From Octopus bimaculoides (lineage: Eukaryota): a DNA stretch of 64,000 nucleotides. The translations under genes were made by a program, and so were the position numbers. Location: contig NC_068993.1 in assembly GCF_001194135.2 (NCBI RefSeq), forward strand, positions 50,207,192-50,271,191, given 5' to 3'. Below the pieces are notes generated by a model. It searched no databases. It had not been told where the DNA came from and worked only from the letters and a program-made list of their open reading frames with translations. Below, piece by piece: positions 26,085-39,421 of this stretch (its first letter is position 1; each line of letters begins with the position of its first letter).

Positions 26085-26500
26085 TATGATTTCTTACATT
26101 GGCTCAAGGCAACAAAATTACTAGGTGAGAGATGAAGTCGATTGAATTGACTGTATTTCGCTGGTATTTATTCAATGCTTTCTATCCATCTCCGTTTTCC
26201 TTATGTGAATGAAATGCAGAATCAACCACGGCGTAATTTGAACCCAGCGTTCAAAGGAGGACAGTAATAAACACCATAATGTTATATATGTAACGATACT
26301 TTTCCTTCAACCATCACCTTAATAAATTTTAAATGATTTCTAACATAAGCACGAAGTCGCCTATTTTCTGTGTGGGAGCAGTTGTAATGATATGACTGGT
26401 ATTTATGGTATCGTCAGTAGAAAAAGGAAAGGAGCGAATTATCGTTCTTGGTTGTATGTGAACATTTTGTCTGTCGCTCTACCGATTCTTCGGTTCACCG
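26085..26500 (-). mobile_element. Two degenerate SINE family A copies
   Basis: gatttcttacattggctcaaggc..gaagtcgatt..aatttgaacccag; ctctaccgattcttcggttcaccgtc. Confidence 0.55.
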
Positions 26501-26604
26501 TCTTTAATGTATTGGTGTAAGCTCATATATTTAAAAGGTGTAGAATCCCTTAACAACAACAACTTATATCTGGGAACTAAATTTTGAGCAGTCACGGAAT
26601 CTTA

Positions 26605-26990
26605 ATTAATTAGTGAGTGTGAGGTAAAAAGCTTGCTTCCTAACCACATGGTTCCGGATTCAGTCTCAGTGCGTGGCACCTTTGGTCTCAGGCCGACCAA
26701 AGCCTTGTGAGTGGATTTGGTAGACGGAAACTGGAAGAAGCCCGTCGTGTATAGATATCGATATGCCTTTGTGTTTGTCTCCCCACCACCGCTTGACAAC
26801 CGGTTTTGGTGTATTTACGCCCTCGTAACTTAGCGGTTCGGCAAAAAGAGATCGATAGTACCAGGTTTAGCCAAAAAAAAAAAAAAAGTTAATTACTGGA
26901 ATCGATTCATTCGACTAAAAATTCTTGAAGGCGATGCCCCAGCATGGCAGCTATTAAATGACCGAAACAAGTAAAAGAATTAAAAGATAA
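26605..26990 (+). mobile_element. SINE family B with tRNA-like head
   Basis: gtgaggtaaaaagcttgcttcctaaccacatggttccggattcagtc..ggccgaccaaagccttgtgagtgg..gccccagcatggc..aaacaagtaaaag. Confidence 0.9.
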
Positions 26991-27734
26991 ATAGCAGTAA
27001 TATTAGTCACGAATTAATTTTCCGAAGACAATCAAACAAGAAACCTTTTAACCGTTTAATTACGGTCTAAAAGATTGTTTGTTCCGTTTAACAATCAAGA
27101 AAATTGTGTTCAGACTTATAACCGTTCCTTGAATACTAACTACTGGGGGTTGTTATATTTGTATGTACAATGTGTATGGCTGTTTTTCTGGGTATGGTGT
27201 GGTTTAGAAGTGACTTTGTATTTAATATCGGAACCAGCCAGTTATCACGATGGACGCACCATCACCATCATCATTGGTGTGGAATTACCCAAGACGGACG
27301 GGTGGTGGGTTGTAGCTTAGAGTGATGGAAGAGAGAGATATGTAGATTCCGAAGTCAAAACTAGTTCGCGTTGTAAAAGCAATTCAGATGTGACAAGAAA
27401 CTTTTTTCCCCCCCTTTTTTTCTTATATATATTCACTTGTTATCATCAAAACTAGAACTAAAACAAACAAACAAGAGAGATTACAAACAAACAAAATAAA
27501 TGCAAGACAAAACTGACTCGCCACCGTTATTAACGTAATTTCCACTTCTCTCTCTATTGGATACTACACACACACACACACACACACACACACTATACAT
27601 CATACACTTTGTCTTATTTCTTCTAATAAATAACTTTCATGGTATTTTTTTTTGTTTGTTTTTGTACTGCTATTTATTATTATTATTATTATTGCTGCAG
27701 CAGCAGCAGCTTTTATGTCTTCTCTTGAACTTAC

Positions 27735-27785
27735 ATAGCCACCCCAGAATCGGGTTTCGGACCGCTGGAAATCAGCGTTGACCAT
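27735..27785 (-). CDS. Candidate first coding exon MVNADFQRSETRFWGGY, phase-0 donor
   Basis: aagATGG Kozak context, 17 open codons in a GC/CpG-rich patch, perfect TAT|GTAAGT donor. No homology recognised. Confidence 0.25.
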
Positions 27786-27957
27786 CTTTCATTACAAACA
27801 ACTTGGATGGATGGATGGATGCCATGACATGACATCTCTTACATATCGTTATTAGTTTTTTTCTTCATTTTACTTTTTTTTTATCTTCTATTTCCAAGCG
27901 TTCATTTACTTTTTACACACACGTACTTGCGTTTGCGCACGCGCACCCTTCTCTCCT

Positions 27958-27990
<33 letters not shown>

Positions 27991-28706
27991 GACACTGTGT
28001 GTATTGGGGAGATGGTGTGTGTGCAAAAACTTTTTAGTTCAGTAAGCTTTCTTACTTCATACCCTGCTAATGGGTTTCTTTAGAAGAAATCTTCCGTGCC
28101 ACTAAGTTAGAATTCCTCTTCGCTAAAGGTTTTTTGCTTAACGACCCGAGATTGTCTTGGTAAGGAATTAGCCGAGCAAAATATTTCTGGGAGTTGCTAG
28201 ATGTTGTGAGAGAGAGGTGGTGGGGGTATGAGGTAGAAAGAGCAATAAATAAAAATCATTTCTGTTTTTTATTATTATTTTTTTTTCTTCTTCTTCATCC
28301 CCACCTCAAGCTTTTTTTTTTGTTTTTGTTTCTTTTTTTTTTCATTTTTTTTTTTATTACTATTGTTGTTGTTTTCTTGTTCGTTTCTTCATTTTATTTC
28401 TTGTCACGTTATTTGATCGGAGAGAGCGAACCGAAAGTTAAAACTCTCATATTTTGGTTGGCATGTCATAAAACAAACTCCTTGGTGCAAACATCTAACC
28501 ATACAAAGTAAATAGCTGCATACAAAGCAAAAAACGTAGATAGATGTTCGGATGGGGGAATGGAAGAGCTGAGCGGAGCTGAGAGAATTAAAGAGAGTTT
28601 CTTTTATTTTTATCTGCCTTTTTGTCTCCCAGGCACACGTTCACACACATGTATATTAGAGGAGATATATATGAAATGTGAGCATGCATATGTATGTATG
28701 TATGTA

Positions 28707-28754
<48 letters not shown>

Positions 28755-29573
28755 CACACACACACACACACATGCTGACATATGTATATACACACACATG
28801 TTCATGTATTATACGCTCACATTGTGTGTGTGTGAAATCACACACTTAGTGTGTAGTCCTTTACGAAAGCTAGAACAAGTATCAAAACCTGTTAACAATA
28901 ATGATAAATAAAAAAAAAGAGCATTATGAAATTTACTTTGGCATCAAGAGCGGGATTGTGTGATAGTCATGCATATTTTAATGACTTTTGTAATATTGAT
29001 TACATAAACAGAAATATCTAGCAGCTGAGAATATCGAAACCGTGTAGCAGTTACAGCTTTGCTGTATATATGTTATTACGCGTACACAAAAATGATAGAT
29101 GTAAAGAAAGATTAAAGACTATATCGACATTAAAATAAATAAATTAATAAATTAAATGGCAATGTTTCCATCTTTGAACAGGTGTTGACTTTGGTTTAAT
29201 GTTGATATCTCATTAACCTGGTTCGAGGTTATCATATCTGTAAAATCAAGCAAATAAAGTCAGGAAAACAGAAACAACAATAAAACAGAACAAAAAAAAG
29301 CACATCTTTGAACTGCCTAGTTCTCTCGTTATTCGTTGTTGTTCGTTATATCCATTCCCAACCTTCTTCTCACTCATCTCTTCGCCTTCATGCCTTACAC
29401 GCCAGCCTATTATCTGTACAGTCCGTGTTGTTCTGTGTACGGTTTCTACTTTATATGTAATGACACGTATTTCTCCCAGCTGCACCGATCGCTATATAAA
29501 CCCAATTCCTGATCAGAATCCTACACAGTTTTCTACTTCATCTTGCAACCGTTACTTCTCTAGAAACCTTGCA

Positions 29574-29646
<73 letters not shown>

Positions 29647-29999
29647 NNNNNNNNNNNNNNNNNNNNNNNNNNNNNNNNNNNNNNNNNNNNNNNNNNNNNN
29701 NNNNNNNNNNNNNNNNNNNNNNNNNNNNNNNNNNNNNNNNNNNNNNNNNNNNNNNNNNNNNNNNNNNNNNNNNNNNNNNNNNNNNNNNNNNNNNNNNNNN
29801 NNNNNNNNNNNNNNNNNNNNNNNNNNNNNNNNNNNNNNNNNNNNNNNNNNNNNNNNNNNNNNNNNNNNNNNNNNNNNNNNNNNNNNNNNNNNNNNNNNNN
29901 NNNNNNNNNNNNNNNNNNNNNNNNNNNNNNNNNNNNNNNNNNNNNNNNNNNNNNNNNNNNNNNNNNNNNNNNCAACAAATGTAAATTTAGTTTCGTTTT

Positions 30000-30220
30000 C
30001 ATTATAGCGCCATCTTCATCTGCTGCCATATATGTCACGTTTTATCTGGAGTAAAAAACCATGATCTTGCTCTCTCTCTCTTGATCTCATTTCATATATA
30101 TATATATATTGACATCTATATATATATTGACATATATATATATATATCCTTCTCTTATCTTTAAGATTTCTTAGTTATCTATATTTCTCTATCGCTTTCA
30201 TAGGTTCTCTCTCTCCTCTA

Positions 30221-30275
<55 letters not shown>

Positions 30276-30660
30276 CTCTCTCTCAAATTCTCCGTCATTT
30301 CTTCTCAATTTACGCTCTCTTCCCCCCTCTCTCTCTTTCTCTCGATAAACACACACACATCTCTAGCTCTCTCTATTATTTTGTTTGTTTTATTCACTCT
30401 TAGTTCTTTTCAACTACTCACATTTTTGTATATTCTACCATGTAATTTAGAAATCAGACAATTTACCTGTACAAATCTATTGCAAGGAAAAAGAAAATGT
30501 GACTGTGTGTGTATGTATGTATATATGGTATCATTTTGCACATATCTCCAGCAATTTCCACTCAATACTTCATCTCTCTTTCTCTCACACTCTAACTACT
30601 TCTCTGTCACTTAACTTCGTACAAATACACAGCTGACGCCATCTTGGTTCTGAGAATCAG
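30000..30660 (-). promoter_or_regulatory. Two same-orientation YY1-type motifs (CGCCATCTT at 30008-30016 and 30637-30645)
   Basis: Exact 9-mers read from the sequence; AAGATGGCG is the YY1 core promoter motif. Motif-only evidence. Confidence 0.3.
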
Positions 30661-31134
30661 TACGAGAATACGTTTTCAAAGAGCCTTTTTAAATTCCGCA
30701 GGTTTTTAGCATCCACCCATCTCTTTATTTATGTTTTATTTTAGAACGACCATTTATATAATAACATAAAGAGCTTTGGTAGAAAACTGTTCAAAGATAA
30801 TTATACAAATTCCTGCATCACACACAAATTCACACATTCGTTTAGATTTTTGTGCGAGTTCTCAACTCACACACTTATTGGTATGTGTGTGTGTGTGTGT
30901 GAGTGTGTGTTTAGGAAGGTCTTGTGCACACATTAGCACAAAACCATACATAAGCACATGCGCGCACATACGCAGTACTTAATTAATGTCAATAATGTAT
31001 TTAACTCCTTGGCCCCTGGCTACTATTTGAGTTTTGTAGTCCTGATGCGAACAGCATGTAGTACGCTTAGTAGAAACAAATTTATTGCAGTTGTTGATTT
31101 AATTGTTCCATCCAACAGATGTAGAAGAGCTACT

Positions 31135-31167
<33 letters not shown>

Positions 31168-31605
31168 GGCGTCAGAAGGAGCAATACCAACATATTTTCC
31201 CCGTCAGCAGCAGCACCACTATCGCCCTCCTCTCACTCGTACACGAGTTGCAACCCTAACTGCAAGTCAACTGGTAATAAATAAACGACTGCATTTAATA
31301 CGTTCACTTCAGCTCTCTAGTACTACCACTGTTAGCAGCAAGCAAGCAACCGATGTTTGCTTTGATTTTTCTTGTTAACATGTATGTTTTTAGACATCTT
31401 TCTTTGCTTTTCTTTCGCTGTTGTTTCTTTGTTTCTACGCGCTTCTCATGTTGTTTTTTTCTTCTTAACGTTATCTTTTAGTATTACTAGTATTTGTGGT
31501 GTTTGTAGTAGTAGTAAAAATCGTGGTAGTGGTGATGATGGTTCTGCCCTCTTCCTTCACTTTCTCCACCCCTTCCTCCTCTTCGTGCGAGTCCTTTCTC
31601 TCCAG

Positions 31606-31608
31606 CTG
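31606..31608 (+). other. Candidate 3-nt microexon (ctttctctccag|CTG|gtaagg)
   Basis: Pyrimidine tract of about 60 nt, TGC about 20 nt upstream of the AG, strong donor. The donor could instead end a longer first exon. Confidence 0.25.
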
Positions 31609-32059
31609 GTAAGGAAAGTAGCGTAACGGTTTTAAGATCATAAATTCACGCTTTGCAAATCATTGAATGACTCAAACACACACATACACACACACACACA
31701 CACAATTGGCTCTACTACTACTACTACTACTATGCTAGTAATATTAGTGTTGATCCTGTTGATAGGGATTGTAATTGTAGTTATTTAAATAACAACAACA
31801 ACAACCATAATCATAATGATGGTGATGACAGTAATAATACCTTTTCCTCTTTCGTTCCGCTAGCATTCACTAACACTCACACACTATCTCTCTCACTCAC
31901 AACATTTATGTTTGATCATTAATTTGTTTGCTGCTTCAGTCAATATTCTAATATTCAATGTTCTGTTTTTTTAGTTTTTGGGGGGGTTTTTTTTGTCATT
32001 TCTAAAAAAAATTTTACTTTTTGTTTAGTGTTTGTTTTCGATTTTGTTTCGTTTTCCTA

Positions 32060-32079
32060 TTATTTGTTTGTTGTTGTTG

Positions 32080-32126
<47 letters not shown>

Positions 32127-32206
32127 GTCTCCATTCGACCTCCAATTGAAAACTGTGTTTCATTTTTCACTATCTGAACATTTCTAAACACTGTCAGTGT
32201 AGAAAG

Positions 32207-32300
<94 letters not shown>
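32060..32300. repeat. (TTG)n(TTA)n and (TC)n microsatellites
   Basis: Direct reading; (TC) run of about 45 units at 32210-32300. Confidence 0.95.
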
Positions 32301-32302
<2 letters not shown>

Positions 32303-33331
32303 CTTGTCACCCTCTCCTCCCTCTCTCACTCGTTATACTGAGATAAATAAATTTCAGGGGGAGACACAGACAGGAGATGTATATGTTCTGAACAAGAAAG
32401 CTTTTCGGTGTTGTCTGGTCTTTCATTTGACTCAATTACACAGTTGACGCATGCTCTATTTAGTTTGTATCTTGTGATAAAATAAAAGAAAATTAGGACT
32501 TGTAGTCAATGGGGCCTTTCGTTTTCCTCTTCTCACCCTCATTTCGCTATCTTCAAATATTGTTTGTATTTCGACTTTCTACATACTTTATCAGAACCTT
32601 AAGCCATGTCTAGGGATTCTTGCTGTGTGTCGAGAGATAGGACGTATCTTGTGTGTCGCGGAGAGAGGGTGAATTCCTGTTGGAACATGGGAATTAAGTA
32701 AAAGGAGAGGGTGGAAACAACAACAACAACATGAAACCAAACAAACAAATATAGCTTAGGAACGATGGTACTGAACAGACCAAGTAACTTTTGTTTTGAC
32801 TGACACAAGAATCCGAATCGTAAATATATGGTTACTGACCGAAAACTAGGAATCTGTGGAAATCTTGAAATCTCAGCATTAAATTTTTTTTTTTCTGGAG
32901 GGGTTAAGATGGGAGATGGAATGTTTCTCAGACAGTCTCATGCCTCCTCTTTAAAAAATGAAGCCTAATTGCTTTGACATTATATGCCAAAATAAGAACT
33001 GACATTGTTCCCATACTCATCTAATAATGCTTTAACTTCCAAGATGTGAATACAAAACAAAAACTAAACAAAATCAAACTATATTTATCTCCCATCGTCC
33101 TTTAGATGTTTGGTAGTTAACATTTAGATTTGTAAAGAAAATATGTCATGCTAAATGGTTGATACGCTACATTCTTATCCCCTTTTTTTCTCTCTAAACT
33201 CTTTTTTTGTTTGTTTTCATAGAAAGTTGTCATTGATAATCGAACTGTCGTCCGCTACTGATGTCCTCATTTAAGACGTATACAGAAATTTGAGACAGTG
33301 GTCTTAATATCACATTGTTAGGATGATTAAA

Positions 33332-33367
<36 letters not shown>

Positions 33368-34511
33368 TAAGTACTGATAAGTCTACTTAAGACCGAAACG
33401 TATCGTCTAGAGTTGCCATATTACTCACCACAGATCAGAATCACTTCTCAACATTTCTCTATTTAGTTTTTTGTTTAATTTCAATTTCAGGTGTGTTCTC
33501 TGCCTAATGTTTTATCACTCCTATCTGGTTGTAATTATAATCAAAAATTGTTCAGCTCATTGCCCTGGATGTTTAAGCAGACACTTAACTGTTGGGTTTC
33601 TTTACAGAAGGCGTCCCTGCTTTACTGTACACTTTCCGCTACCCTCATCACCACCGTCGTTCTGTTAATGATATTAGCAATTTCTGTTCGAGTCGCATTG
33701 TCTGAATCCCTCTTCTTTCTCGCAACTTGAGAGCTCCCAAAATTCCAGCTCAAAGGCTTTCACCGCGTACGTAGCACACTTGTTTAAACACATTCACTGT
33801 GTTTCTGTCGCCTTTTAAAAACCTAGGCCTTCGCTGTTTAAGTTCCGGTCTCCGACAAGATTGTTTCCTATATTCTATAGCAGNNNNNNNNNNNNNNNNN
33901 NNNNNNNNNNNNNNNNNNNNNNNNNNNNNNNNNNNNNNNNNNNNNNNNNNNNNNNNNNNNNNNNNNNNNNNNNNNNNNNNNNNNNNNNNNNNNNNNNNNN
34001 NNNNNNNNNNNNNNNNNNNNNNNNNNNNNNNNNNNNNNNNNNNNNNNNNNNNNNNNNNNNNNNNNNNNNNNNNNNNNNNNNNNNNNNNNNNNNNNNNNNN
34101 NNNNNNNNNNNNNNNNNNNNNNNNNNNNNNNNNNNNNNNNNNNNNNNNNNNNNNNNNNNNNNNNNNNNNNNNNNNNNNNNNNNNNNNNNNNNNNNNNNNN
34201 NNNNNNNNNNNNNNNNNNNNNNNNNNNNNNNNNNNNNNNNNNNNNNNNNNNNNNNNNNNNNNNNNNNNNNNNNNNNNNNNNNNNNNNNNNNNNNNNNNNN
34301 NNNNNNNNNNNNNNNNNNNNNNNNNNNNNNNNNNNNNNNNNNNNNNNNNNNNNNNNNNNNNNNNNNNNNNNNNNNNNNNNNNNNNNNNNNNNNNNNNNNN
34401 NNNNNNNNNNNNNNNNNNNNNNNNNNNNNNNNNNNNNNNNNNNNNNNNNNNNNNNNNNNNNNNNNNNNNNNNNNNNNNNNNNNNNNNNNNNNNNNNNNNN
34501 NNNNNNNNNNN

Positions 34512-34545
<34 letters not shown>

Positions 34546-34692
34546 AACATATATGTATACATATATGTGTATGTATATATGTATGTATGTATATATATGT
34601 ATGTATGTATATATATGTATGTATGTGTGTGTGTATATATATGTGTGTGTATGTATGTGTGTATATATATATATATATGTGTGTATGTGTGT

Positions 34693-34734
<42 letters not shown>

Positions 34735-34745
34735 ACATACATACA
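34512..34745. repeat. Uninterrupted alternating purine-pyrimidine compound microsatellite
   Basis: TA/CA/TG/CG tract with an 18-bp higher-order unit gtatgtatgtatatatat. Confidence 0.95.
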
Positions 34746-35528
34746 TAATAATGTAACGCGCTTTCTTCTAACCACCCCAATCTTCGTCTCGACAAGTTCT
34801 TAATTTCCACTTATTTATTTATTTCTATATTTACACATCCACCCTTAATAAGAGACGGATATAAAAATCATAATGATAATAATAATAATAATAATAATAG
34901 CAATAATAATACAGATTATTCGTTCGTTCGATGTTTTCATCTCACTGAAAAACATATTGATTTCTGTTACTCGCTACTATCACCACCCTTTGTACCCGCA
35001 ACAGTGGCCCTTTGACTCGAGATACCGGTATCGCCACCCTGTATGATCTTAACTTTAAGGGTGGATGACACTGAATCGTGTTTACCCCCCCCCCCCCGCC
35101 GCCGCCGGCCATGCTGATTTTAATTCAGTTCAGTTATAAATTATTCACGTACAGAGGTGTGCGTGTGTGTTTTGATGCAATAATGTTCTTTTTGTGACTA
35201 ATAAGGAAAAAAAGAGTACTCAGTATGAGATATAAGGTTTTAATGTGCTTATTGAATACTGAACGACTCCACTTTAGTGTTACTCCGAGTTTCGTGTTTC
35301 CGATCTTCAGACGATACACGCTCACACGGCTGTTCGTTCACTTTTTCGTCTTCCTCTTCCTCTTCCTCTCATATCTCCCCCTCTTTTTATTCTATATTCT
35401 CTCCCCCCCTCTCTCTATATTTGCGCTTTTAGTTAAATGTCTTTGTTTGGATTTAACTTCTTTTTCACAAAATATACGTCCATTTGATTAACGCATGCGC
35501 AAATAGATGTGCCTATCTTCTCTCTCTC

Positions 35529-35591
<63 letters not shown>

Positions 35592-35663
35592 NNNNNNNNN
35601 NNNNNNNNNNNNNNNNNNNNNNNNNNNNNNNNNNNNNNNNNNNNNNNNNNNNNNNNNTCTCTT

Positions 35664-35713
<50 letters not shown>

Positions 35714-36359
35714 TCCCTGAAACACGGACGTGGTGTTGGTGGGATTTTCCAAATATTTATGCTCAGCTCTGTCTCAATTATTACCATGAGTCATTGATGG
35801 TGCTGAAGGTTGCAAACGAACCTTAACCAAGTTCTGTGTCATTTAAAACAAAAATTAACGATAGAAAAGGAGAACAAAAACAGACGAGATGGTCATGTCA
35901 TCTTTGTCTAAGAACAGGCATTGTCAATACTTCACCGCCGCCGCCGCCACCACTACAATAGCACTACATTATATAGCTTTGTCACCAAACGTACACTAAT
36001 ACTAGGAGCACTGCAATTATTACCTTTATATAATCTCCACCACCGATTCCATTAGAATCCTCTGCTATCACCAGTACCACTACTGCAATTACTTATTACC
36101 AACAATACCACCACCACCACCACCACCACCACCGCCGCCGCCGCCAATTACCACTATTAACCCTAATGTAAATACCACTGTTGTTAACATCACAGCCACC
36201 ATTTTCTTCAGTGTCGACGCCATCACCAAATACCACCACTAGAATCGTTGCTAACATCAACACGGCACCGACATCAAACAACTCATTAAACGTCCTCACC
36301 CCCATCAACGCACCGCCGCTGCTATTAGAACCGACGAGATGGCAGCCTCTGTTGGGCTG

Positions 36360-36510
36360 TTCTGTGTGCTAGAAATAGCAGCAAGATTTGCCTCGAAATC
36401 ACGCCTTTCCTTTCCGTTGATCCGGGGAAAAGGACACGGCTGGAATACCTTCGATATTAAGTCTGCTCGATCGGGATTTACCTAGGGCTAAACGACAATG
36501 ATAATAATAA
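36360..36510 (+). mobile_element. Repeat family X, internally deleted, with 3' tail
   Basis: gctagaaatagcagcaagatttgcctcgaaatcac..ggctggaatacc..gtctgctcgatcggg..gctaaacgacaatgataat. Confidence 0.75.
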
Positions 36511-36551
36511 TAATAATACGACAACCAGCATCAATACTATGAAACCAACCG

Positions 36552-36603
<52 letters not shown>
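36552..36603. repeat. (CTA)n trinucleotide repeat, about 17 units
   Basis: Direct reading of the sequence. Confidence 0.97.
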
Positions 36604-37765
36604 GTCACTATAAAAGCAACCACCTCCGTCACACCTTTAAAATATTTTCTAATGTAANNNNNNNNNNNNNNNNNNNNNNNNNNNNNNNNNNNNNNNNNNN
36701 NNNNNNNNNNNNNNNNNNNNNNNNNNNNNNNNNNNNNNNNNNNNNNNNNNNNNNNNNNNNNNNNNNNNNNNNNNNNNNNNNNNNNNNNNNNNNNNNNNNN
36801 NNNNNNNNNNNNNNNNNNNNNNNNNNNNNNNNNNNNNNNNNNNNNNNNNNNNNNNNNNNNNNNNNNNNNNNNNNNNNNNNNNNNNNNNNNNNNNNNNNNN
36901 NNNNNNNNNNNNNNNNNNNNNNNNNNNNNNNNNNNNNNNNNNNNNNNNNNNNNNNNNNNNNNNNNNNNNNNNNNNNNNNNNNNNNNNNNNNNNNNNNNNN
37001 NNNNNNNNNNNNNNNNNNNNNNNNNNNNNNNNNNNNNNNNNNNNNNNNNNNNNNNNNNNNNNNNNNNNNNNNNNNNNNNNNNNNNNNNNNNNNNNNNNNN
37101 NNNNNNNNNNNNNNNNNNNNNNNNNNNNNNNNNNNNNNNNNNNNNNNNNNNNNNNNNNNNNNNNNNNNNNNNNNNNNNNNNNNNNNNNNNNNNNNNNNNN
37201 NNNNNNNNNNNNNNNNNNNNNNNNNNNNNNNNNNNNNNNNNNNNNNNNNNNNNNNNNNNNNNNNNNNNNNNNNNNNNNNNNNNNNNNNNNNNNNNNNNNN
37301 NNNNNNNNNNNNNNNNNNNNNNNNNNNNNNNNNNNNNATGAAATTTGTCTAATTTTTCTTCTTCTTTAGAAATATTTCTTTCAAGCTCTTTTTCTTTTTT
37401 TTTTAATCTTTTTTTTTTTAAATTTAATATTTATATTTGTTATTTATTTCGGGTTTTGTATTATAAACCCGTCTTGCTTTCCTGTTTGTTATTTTTGTTG
37501 TTAGTTTAACGTTCTTGAAATTTGATTAACGCAAATATATCTTCTCTCTTAAATACAAACTTGAGCAAGTTATGTGCACGCAATTGGACTGATATAATGT
37601 GATGTTATATCTTCTATAGCATAGTGTATATATTGTTCTTTACAAATCAAGCCTGAGTTTTTGAGTTCAATTTCCATTTGATCTATTTTAGTGTTTCTCT
37701 GGGTTTCAAAGAACCTCATGGTTCCGTGGTAAGATTCTGAGGTTTCGCCAACATAAGATGTCTAG

Positions 37766-38085
37766 TTTTTTTTTTTTTTTTTTCAATAAATTTTTTAAGT
37801 TTCCGCATTTAATGTATTATAAAACGAGGGTGATGGGCGTTGTCCGTAAAATATATGCATGGCTTCCGCGATTTTTGAAAAGACCTTATATAACCTCCGT
37901 GACGAAATAAGTTTGGAGACGCCCTTATCGCTCGGGCTTTTGCAGATGGCATAAACGTCACAATTCTCGGTAAAATCCTGCACTGATTCATTTGTAGAAA
38001 TTGTCCTTCTTTCAAAGTCAGGTTTTGCTTTTACAAAATAACGTTGTCCTCTTAAGAATGCTTTCGTTCTATTGTAAACGTTTCA
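37766..38085 (-). pseudogene. Possible retrocopy 3' end: about 96 open codons, then TAA, then A18
   Basis: Frame NVYNRTKAFLRGQRYFVKAKPDFERR...FYNTLNAET*; ATTAAA about 25 nt before the A18 tract; no TSD found; product not recognised. Confidence 0.25.
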
Positions 38086-38479
38086 AGTGTCGAATTAAGC
38101 TCTAATTGTGTTGTAAACACCCATCAAGATACTGAATTAGTTATTACGCGTGCCATCTTAGCCATTTATCATCCACCATCTATAACAGAACTAGGCATTA
38201 TTCGAAGGAAACCATTTTCTTCTGAGTTGTCTACTTGAACGCTTTTTGAACATCTCAAGAGACATTAAAATTTTTTCCCAATCGATCTTTTAACTTTGTT
38301 GCCCTCGTAACGTCTTTGACCTCTAGTAAGTAGTCAGACATAAAGACTCAATTTACTGTCTCTGTGCCAGTTTGGAGGCTTCACCATTGTAATTGCGTTT
38401 GCTAAGAGACTATTCAGTTAGTTCCATCTTACATGTAATACCAAAATCTGCGACAATCTCTGATCTACTGTGATCACAC

Positions 38480-38600
38480 TGTAAAGTGCTTCTACGGGGG
38501 TCATTCTATCTGCTAGAAATTGCAGCCAAGTCTCTATAAAGCCAACACCTACTTTCCTAAGAAATGAATACATTGGTTAATATAGTTCAAAGTTAAAAAT
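38480..38600 (+). mobile_element. Repeat family X fragment
   Basis: tctgctagaaattgcagccaagtctc..acattggttaatatag. Confidence 0.6.
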
Positions 38601-39022
38601 AAAGACTTGAAGTTTCTAACTTGAATGCCTCTTATCGTAGTTCTACTTGAAGAGAGTTGACCCGAGGCTAATGCAAACAGAAATGGTGGATCGCCATTTC
38701 TGACACCTCGGATACCCAAAAGCCAGAAGCCCAGACACCGCTCCATAACAGTTTGAAGAGTTTGTCGTGGTTTTAATAAAGAAATCCAAACGAAATCCGT
38801 GAGTCAAGCACCCCACGATCAAAGCTGTTTCTGTTTGTAATTATTTCTTTATTTTTTGTGTTAGGGAACATCAGTTGAGTACTTCACGATCAAAAGGTTT
38901 TATGTATTATTTATTTATTTTGTGAAATTAGACAGTCAGAGGTTTAGACTTTGACCTGACCGCCGAAATTCAGAAGATACAGCTCCATGTAGAGTATCTA
39001 TGTATATACATACACACACACA

Positions 39023-39057
<35 letters not shown>

Positions 39058-39421
39058 CTTTGACAACATGAAGGCCAATGAAATGAAAACTTCTGTTGAT
39101 AACTCAATCGCCATATTCTCTGAGCATTGTTTGGACATCTGTTGTGTATGTTGGTGTATGTATATGGGATATGGAAATAGAACCGATATATGTGTGTGTG
39201 TTTATGTAGCCTAAGGTTGCTTTGTATGTGCATGTAATGTGTACGTACGAGTTCTATGAAAGTATGCGGACCTTGTGATGTGGTGTGCGATTGTATGTGT
39301 GCATATACCGTGTGCGGGTATACATGGGATGTATTTGGTGAGCAGGGTGTGTATATGTTGTGTGTTTAATACCATCTTAACATTCTGTTGCCTGTTTCGC
39401 CACTGCTTCCCCCACTCCGAA

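Noticed and set aside
38413-38460. EIVADFGITCK resembling a kinase DFG motif (minus strand)
   Set aside because: No HRD or APE context, a stop within a few codons, and a SINE directly upstream.
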